Assembly (NCBI GenBank): GCA_000934665.2
Contig: KZ537980.1
Coordinates: 1-64,000 of the forward strand
Reading direction: 5' to 3'
Source: Catajapyx aquilonaris
Taxonomy: Eukaryota
DNA length: 64,000 nt
Shown: one piece after another, positions 56,130-64,000 of the stretch
How the letters are laid out: each line of letters opens with the position of its first letter
How positions within the stretch are numbered: position 1 is the first letter of the stretch
Translations under genes and position numbers: made by a program
The notes under the pieces: model-generated
Seen by the model: the letters and a program-made list of their open reading frames with translations, nothing else
Told to the model about the DNA's origin: nothing
Databases searched by the model: none

Positions 56130-59100
56130 TTTTTCTTTCAGATTATGTATGGTATGTATACATCCCATACATAATCTAAATGAAAAAAGTGGTGGAATAA
56201 AATAACAACGTCTGAAGTGAGAGTGCTGATGCCCCACGACGTTTCATTAAAGCAAGAAAAAACAGGCTGTAAGAACCTGCGAGTGTCCAAACTCGCGCCA
56301 GTGATTCCACTTCATGACAGCTGCTATCCTGCAAAACTTTAGCCTTCCCCAAAAAATCCACTTTATATTGTATAAATCATTTCAGCCCAAAAGGCAAGCC
56401 CCAGCTTTTCCCGAGCTCCGTCCGTTATATGAAAAGGGTGAGCCATGTTTTACAACAATATTGCCAGCCAGGCCGTGGTAGTTGCTCCTGGTGTTGGCAG
56501 TTTACCACCCTTGTTTTTGTTGTCCTGACCCCCCACAACCGCTTACTGCTAAACCCCCTCCCCATGCTTTGGCATGTTTTTCGTCCCAGAAATTTAGTGC
56601 ATAACCGCCTAAATGCCCGTGTTCATGCTAGACACAAAATGATACGACTCTGCGGAGAGATATTCGTCGAGGCCGTGAGGGTTATATTGATGAGGTCACG
56701 TTTTCCAGCAGCTTGTTTACTTGCTTGGCGCATAACGAATGACGGATCCCACAAACTGCAACTGGCGTCGGCGGTACGAAGAATAATTCGACGTCATTAA
56801 GCATGTGTCAGAGTTTCGCAGGCAGGACGGAATATAAACTGATGTATGCCACAGTTGAAACGCCAAATGGGGTTCGCTCGATTCACGAATTTCCACGCCA
56901 TGCTCTCATGCTCTCTACCATAACCATATACAGCTGGTACGCAGGGTAATTCACACAATTGTACACAAACACGTACATAAAGTGGCCTGCTCTTAAAGGT
57001 TTGTCTGAATCCTTATGAAACACTATCTATCAAGCTCTGGCTATTCCTACGTTTCACAACCCTGGGAGATTTTGGCTGAGAGACAGCTTTTATTATTGTG
57101 CGCACGGCATGTCTGTACGAAACATGAGCTGTAAGGTCGGCCCTGGGAAGTTGGAAACTGTCGGCGGTATACCAAAAACTCGCTTTGAACCGGAATTTAG
57201 AAGTTTCTGGGCAGCCCTTAATAGGTCACGCCACTTAGGTACTGGTCATTCCCTAACTATAAGCTTTGATTTTTCCGCAAGATCCTTGCAACTTTCATTT
57301 GACTTTTTTTTTCGTCAACAGGTCGGACACATTCTTGGAATTTTATACATATCCGATCTGGTGCAACCGGCCCTTGTAGTCGTTCAAAAGCTGCCTTCAG
57401 CTTCCATGATCCGTGTAAGTACCGTGACACGATTTTAGTGGGTAACCCTTGAGGGCTTAGCAATCTTGTTCCACAGCAGTTGTGGCCATGATCGCAGCCT
57501 CAGAATAACCAGACATTTTTTAATGCTCACCCAATTATTTGACATAAGCCGCAGCACTGCTGGCGGAACTAATCTCCTAGGCCCCATAATTCTTCAATGT
57601 TCGAATAATGAACTTCCATTGACCTGCGCTTGTTTTTGATTGGATGCGGCGTGGTGAGGATGTCGAGCTGATGAACCTAACAAGATCGTCGCTGTGCCAC
57701 CGGTGCCAGATGTCACCCAGCAGAGCTCTCTCTCTCTCTCTCTCAACCTGTTGAGCAGAGAGACCCATCATTTGTCCTATTACGAGAAACACCACCCAGC
57801 AGTTTTGTCATGACTCTTATACATTCCGGGCTCTGGTGTTTTACAGACTCCAAGTTTCTAGCAGGAATAAAGCGCACCATTTACCCAAATATTCGGAGCA
57901 CGATCGCCCTGTTGAGCACAAAAGTAATCCTGGGGCGATCCAAATGCTGATCCGCAGCACCCTTCACTTCCAACTCCATTTCCTTTGTGCTCCATTCCCA
58001 AAGAATCATAAAAGTAATGACGAGGATTTATGACGCATTGAAGAGCGATATTAACCCCTTGGTCGCCTTTATTGGACTCCATAGTGCAGTCAAACCGTGA
58101 CAGGTAGTACTGTGTTTCCATAATAGCACGGGGAATGTCCCATAAGAAACACATTGATCTATTTGATGCACCATTAAACCTGCTTTAGATGCAAGGAACG
58201 GGGACGTGTTCTAAGCCCGGATTCGGTTCCATGGACAGCCCAGGGGGTATTTCCAAGGAAGCTCGGCACCACCGCCTTTCATCACCCATCTCTAATGCCA
58301 TTCCGGATTTTTGGCCAGTGTCCAAAGTGTCATGAAACAAGTCTTTATTAGCCGGCTCTGCTGCTTCATGGTGTCACAAACCATCCATTCTTGCCTTCAT
58401 TACGCCGGATTGTATTCCACACTGCAGGATATTACGCCCGCATACATTCCTGTCATCACCACGCTTCCCCCAAACATAAAGCCCGGCCATGATTACGCCG
58501 CCCATGTCCTGCAGGTCAACCTCCGGATAGGTTTTACATGCACGCGCCGGGAAAATCACGCCGATATTCCCGGACAACAAAACTCTGGCTGATGTGCAGG
58601 TCATTCACATTGGCACAGAATGCACCTACGGGCTCCTTACACTGTACAGGGTGAACCACCTATGAAATTTTACTGCAAACATGTTTTACTATCCATCAAC
58701 CGTATAATATCATAAATGTATCATAATATCACATTTCCCTAAACCCTGTGCGCATAACAGCAAATACGTAATGATTGCAGCACACATCCTTTCACAAGCA
58801 GGAATTTACTTGCTTGTGAAGCACCAGAGCGCAACACCGCCTGTATACGGTACACGCGTTCAGCAGTTACGCACAATATGGAAGTGGCCGGAGCCCGGGC
58901 ATAATTACACACGCCAGCAGCCATACATCTTTCGTGTTCGCTCAAGAACCCTGCGTGAGCTCCACAGAGAGCAGCTTTTGCATAATTATTACACCCGGCA
59001 ACAAAAGACTCTGCGGTAAAACAAACAACAAGGGCCGCCTTTACATTTACGGGATAGGACGGCCAGCAGCAGGTATATATAGGTAGCGGTCTGCTAAAAC

Positions 59101-59937
59101 CGAAGGCAGCAGAGGCAGCACCAGGGTCTCGTTTTGTGCAAACCGCACCCATGCTTCAAAACACCCCCAGTTCTGGTTCATATTTGGCCTCCGTGACTGC
59201 ACTATTTGGTTACAAACGGCTCGGTGGAACGAGGTTCTGTGTGAACTTTCCCCAATCGAACCTGGGCCATCGGGCGAATCAATTCCGGCTTCCGGAGCGT
59301 TACGGGATTCGGCTTGAAGGCGGCCTGTCACGCTTCCCTTCCAATCAATTAATCGGGCCCGAAATGAGACTAATTTCAAGCAAACCCAGGGCTCATTGTG
59401 AGTGTCAGGCCGGCCGTCTCAATGGTCAAGCTACATGCACCACCGCTTTTTCCGGTGTGCGGTACAGTCGGGGACAAGACCAGGGTGCGCACCAAATTGG
59501 CCACCTTTTGTATAAGGGCCGACGGACGATTCTGAGTGATCAGGTCGTGCCTGGCCGAGCGGAAAACGTATAAGCCTATTTCATATTGATGATGATAACC
59601 CCCCCTAGAGTGAGACTCGGGACAAAGCAGTTTGCCACCCTATTATTACATGCATTGGACGCAGTCTTTAATTGGACGCTGATTAGCGCCCAAATTGGTA
59701 GCATGTGTTGTTTCCACCAACTGACGTTAAAGGTCTACCTAATTATTTTTCCGCGCGCAATTTTTTCCCTGTCGTGTATGGCGCTTCCTAATTTTGTTAT
59801 CACCATATGGGACGAAGAGGGCATGTTGGTCCACGACCGCCTGAACCGAGTGGGCGGACATTCGAGCCAACCCTCTTGTATATGTCAATCCCTCGAAAAT
59901 ACCGGTGCAATAGGCACGTATTAAAAAATACTGAATC

Positions 59938-59972
59938 TACAGGATGTTTCATATCTGCTGAAACACCCTGTA
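59938..59972. mobile_element. Collapsed Tc1/mariner-like element remnant (only TIR tips plus TA)
   Basis: TACAGGATGTTTCA-tatctgc-TGAAACACCCTGTA: 14-bp inverted arms with 1 mismatch, TA at both ends, and a CAGGGTG terminus typical of mariner-type TIRs/MITEs. Confidence 0.55.
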
Positions 59973-61120
59973 TAGAGACTGATGCGTATCAGGTAATTTT
60001 GGTGGCAAACACGACCCGAGAATTTGGTAGAACTTTCACGCGATATCCTCCTTTATGACAAACCATTTCGACAAAATACTCTAAAAGTTCCACCATATTC
60101 AAGCCATACTGATAACGCTTTTTCGCGTACTTTTTTTCTTTCCTTTTTCACATGGATGATCCTCGATTGTATCCAGGGGCGATTGAAGCCCTCGCCCGTC
60201 ATAAATAAGCCGTCAACCCCGTTATCTAGTTATAAGTAGCGGGACTTTTCAAATTAGCTGGCAGCTAATTGGATTAGGTCTCATCTAGGCGAGAATCGTA
60301 CCTTGGCCACCCAAGGGCGCCACTCTAATTCAGAGGCTCCCTCGTTTCCATTTCGGTTCCAATCAAACCACGCCCGGGAACAAGATTCCTTAACCAGGCA
60401 CCTAACCCAACCCCCTAGACCTCGTTACCCACAAGGCTTTCACACAATACATCTCTCTGCCAACTAGACTCTTCACCAAAACCGCACTCGCTCATTTGCT
60501 CACTTGCCACATTTTGTGCCACGTTATTAAAGCGGATTCGTTACATTGCCACGCTCACCTCATAAAGCAAAGAGTATAGCACTGTACACGAGCACAAAAT
60601 AACTGGTCATAAGTGGGTCGCACGTGCTAGGCTTTCAAATAATTATATTGAACGTCAGCTAAGCCAGGTGTTCTTTGACGCGTAATTATTTACTCTTTCG
60701 GCTTTACATCATTCATGCATTACATTCGAATTATTATGGATTGGAACACTCTATTCGCATACTGTATAGGCGTGCAAATTTGCTTGTGACTTTAAATCAA
60801 GCTAGCTTTATGTGCAGGAAAAATAATTATGCATAGAAAATATTAATGTGATTTTGTAGACGGACTGGAAATAAATAGAACAAGAGAAATGTATTTTAAA
60901 ATGCAAAATGTTGGCTTTAATCATTATGCATTGGTTTTGCAGTGTATCCTATATTGATGAAAAACCATTGCATGAAATATTCGAAAAGGTTTTCTGTATA
61001 ATGTGCACACAATACAGAGCTTCGTGGCATAGACTATAATTTGCCTATATATACGCACAGTTTACGCGCAGTTCGTGTCTGGATTAAATGCAATACTTCA
61101 TGAACCGTGTGAATTATTAC

Positions 61121-61122
<2 letters not shown>

Positions 61123-61195
<73 letters not shown>
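61123..61195. repeat. (TAA)n/(ATT)n microsatellite, about 24 units, forming the SINE 3' tail
   Basis: Perfect trinucleotide run directly adjacent to the SINE body and the left TSD. Confidence 0.97.
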
Positions 61196-61196
<1 letters not shown>

Positions 61197-61449
61197 GATA
61201 CCCCTTGATAGGCCCCTTGGGCCTCTTAGGGGATCATCTTTTGAATAACCGATTTTAATCATTTGCCTGTAATGTGATGGATTTTGATAGTGGGAGGAAA
61301 CGAGAGAACCCCGAGAAAACCCACGCGAACACGGAGAGAACCCATCGAAACTCTATCCACATAAGTATCCTCCGTCCGACCCGGGGATCGAACTCGGGAC
61401 CTTAGAGGTGGAAGGCTGCGGCGCTAACCGCTCGGCCACCGTGTCGCCC
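61125..61449 (-). mobile_element. Full-length tRNA-derived SINE with V-type central domain, 3' stem-loop and (ATT)n tail
   Basis: Minus-strand head GGGCGACACGGTGGCCGAGCGGTTAGCGCC... has an A box (TGGCCGAGCGG, 61428-61438) and a B box (GAGTTCGATCCCC, 61383-61395). The core GTTCTCTCCGTGTTCGCGTGGGTTTTCTCGGGGTTCTCTCGTTTCCTCCCAC resembles the V-SINE domain. It is flanked by the perfect 15-bp direct repeat TGAATTATTACTATA (61110-61124 and 61450-61464). Confidence 0.93.
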
Positions 61450-64000
61450 TGAATTATTACTATACAAAGATCATAATGCTGATGTACGGTACATCATGCC
61501 AACCAAAGAAAGCAGACAAACCTTCCAGCACATAATAAGAGCTAACCGAAAGTAAGTCTTGATGCAGAAATGAAGCACTTGACTTCCCTTAGCAACACGA
61601 ACAGACCCCAGCATGTCTTCTAATGTCCGGCTTGATACTGATCCAATCAGCCTCTATCCCTAGTGGACCTCTTATGTCATCAGAAGAGATGCTTCTGCTC
61701 CATCTTCCCACTAATGACTCGACCCCAAGGTAATGAAAGGTGACTCATCCAGGAAACCGCGGGCCAACCAATAATGCTGACAACCGCGACAAAGGTGCCA
61801 ATCTCAAAGCTCTTGTCAGCATTTTCTACTTGAAGGGAGAAGTCCTCTCAACCGAGGTTCAGGTCATGGTCGCGGAAAGTGCAGAAGTACTGTGCATATT
61901 TGTAGCACCGGTTGCGGTCATAACTTTAACGTGTATAGTGCGCTAAATTGGCAATGTGAAAGTGGCTGCTAAAGTAATCATAAAGGAACATCTGACTAGA
62001 AAGGTGCAATACAGTCAGTCTAAAAATAACTAAGTAAATGAATAACGATGGCCTGAATTTGCCCGTCATTTTCAGCACGCTTTTGAGAAATTCATGACTT
62101 AATTCCAGTGTCATTAACACGCTGCAAGTGTACCTTCATTATCTGTGACTGCACATGCCATACTTTCATGTCCACATGCTACAGCAGTTTTTCAGTGCAT
62201 ATTACATGTGACACTGTCTGAAAAGCGGATCGTCGAGGAATTGCAAATCACTCTGACCTACCCTGTCAGCGTTACAAGTTTTCCTCAGATTTCAATCTCA
62301 AAATCATTAATCCTCGAATGTCAGCATGCTCAGGTGAATGTTCATGATAATATTACAAGGATGACAGTTTTCTTAAACTTAAATGATACGAACACATAGC
62401 CTGGTTGATGGAGAAGCCCGGAATTATACGCTGATTGGTCTATAAATAATTCGGGTAAAAGTAACATACATTCGAGGCTAACGAATGTAAATTTCACCAC
62501 AATAACCTTGTCATTTCTTATTCCTTCAGGTGGCATTATGAAGTTAGTAAGTTTCGGCGGAAATTTCATGCGCCACAACTTTATAAGATGACTCTGATCC
62601 TAAGCTCTGTTAGCAAAAAGCGCGAAACCAAGACAGCAGGATGAATAAGCCTTGGACTATACCCAAGGCAGGAATTCCAACCGCGAGAAATAAGCCAAGC
62701 TGTGAACAAAACACAGTTTACAAAATAAGACTGCACACCATAACTCGTAATTACACTTATATTTAATAGTCCTCCTCGGCTGGCGACCAAGAAAATTGTT
62801 TTAAAAATTCATGGCATAACTTAGGATAATGCAATCTTCAAAGCGTCCTATCTTGAAATCAGTCAAACGTATGATCGTTCCGCATTTCAGCTCTTCATAC
62901 GCACTAAACTTCTACCGCATCCAGTCTTATCACTATAGGCAAGCTTGTTATGTCCTGCTGAATATTCAAAGTGCCGCAACCCTCACTGGCAAAACTAGGC
63001 CTGCCTAATCCAGTACATTACGCGGAGGCTTGTTAAATTTTGGCAGTTCCATGTCTGGACCGCTATTTACTGGCATTTCTACTCTTTATTTAGAGGTGGG
63101 GAAAAGCGTGCATGGGGACGGAAAATAGGGCCCGAGAGAGCTATCCTTCAGCTGGGAAAATATTTTACGTCAAAATGACCACAAGAACTGTTCCATTGAT
63201 TTAAAACCCGGGCCCCGACTTACTACACTGCGGTTGTGCCAAAAACGATACCTCCCAAAAATTGGGATAACTATTCCCATCCCCACCAGCAGGCTTTAAT
63301 ACCCTCTCGACGACAGCGTATGTTACTTCTCGACATGAGATCAGGTTAAAACAACAATCCGGGTTCGTTACCCGAAAGATATGTACCCAGCTCCGGAATT
63401 ATAATTTAATTAATTTGAAAGTTCCCGGGGAAACTGCTAAACTCCGTGGACTGCATGCGTGCGCACTAACTCCTCTAATGAGTTAATGAAAATCAGGAAA
63501 CTTGATTAGTTTTGTAGGAAACTTGGGTAAAGAAGAGCCAAGGCATCACTTGTCAACCAAACTTTCGCATAGGCACGCTCCCTGTTTTAGTCGAGCCTCA
63601 CGAATTTCCATCAATATAACACCCGGTGTCAAAACTGGGACAAACAAAACGTTTCAGTAGGTTTTCACATATGCGCAAAAACAAGTGATCCAACAACTGC
63701 TACCAGAGCATGCATTCAAATGTTTGATTTGATGCGATATTATACAGTCGAATATAATATTCATGAACGGTCCTGCGCCAAAGGGTAACCTAACTACAGG
63801 TTAATTACTAGAAGGCTAACAAATTAGTTGGGATTCCCGCCAAATAAACCTAACCCTGACACAATTGAGGGCTTACTGGTCATCCAGCAGCAAAGTCGTG
63901 ATTGCGTGATACAGTTAGTGCGTAACTACATCAACGGTATATTAATGTATTCATAATTAGAGCGCCAATAGCAAATTGTGTTTGGGACCGTGACGCTGAC

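Noticed and set aside
58739..59152. 137-aa minus-strand ORF with apparent internal repeats (CNNYAKA / CNYARA)
   Set aside because: Rests on one shared GCATAATTA 9-mer (58899, 58980); no family resemblance or splice support.
61375..61449. tRNA-like sequence as a tRNA gene
   Set aside because: Acceptor and anticodon stems do not pair properly, and it is fused to a V-domain, tail and TSD, so it is a SINE head.
1..64000. Prokaryotic-type systems (operons, CRISPR arrays), conserved miRNAs, rRNA
   Set aside because: No long ORFs, no regularly spaced repeats, and no conserved miRNA or rRNA sequence recognised by eye. An Infernal/Rfam scan would be needed to exclude small RNAs.

Overview
Eukaryotic, most likely arthropod, genomic DNA that is almost entirely non-coding. 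The one gene I can support is on the minus strand: a type II Golgi alpha-mannosidase (glycoside hydrolase family 38) of the arthropod alpha-Man-IIb / Sf-ManIII type. Coding exon 1 (47254-46880) and a 93-nt exon 2 (33583-33491, missed by the ORF track) splice in frame across a 13.3 kb intron. The next intron runs at least 33 kb to the window edge with no catalytic-domain exon visible. Upstream is a young, complete tRNA-derived V-domain SINE (61125-61449) with a perfect 15-bp target-site duplication, a 3' stem-loop and an (ATT)n tail. There is also a 35-bp collapsed Tc1/mariner-like inverted repeat, an apparent excess of TA-C(A/T)G-TA and TAGGCCTA words that may be DNA-transposon scars, microsatellites, many poly-G/C runs and a 111-N assembly gap. 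The other ORF-track entries look spurious. I found no clearly novel multi-gene system.
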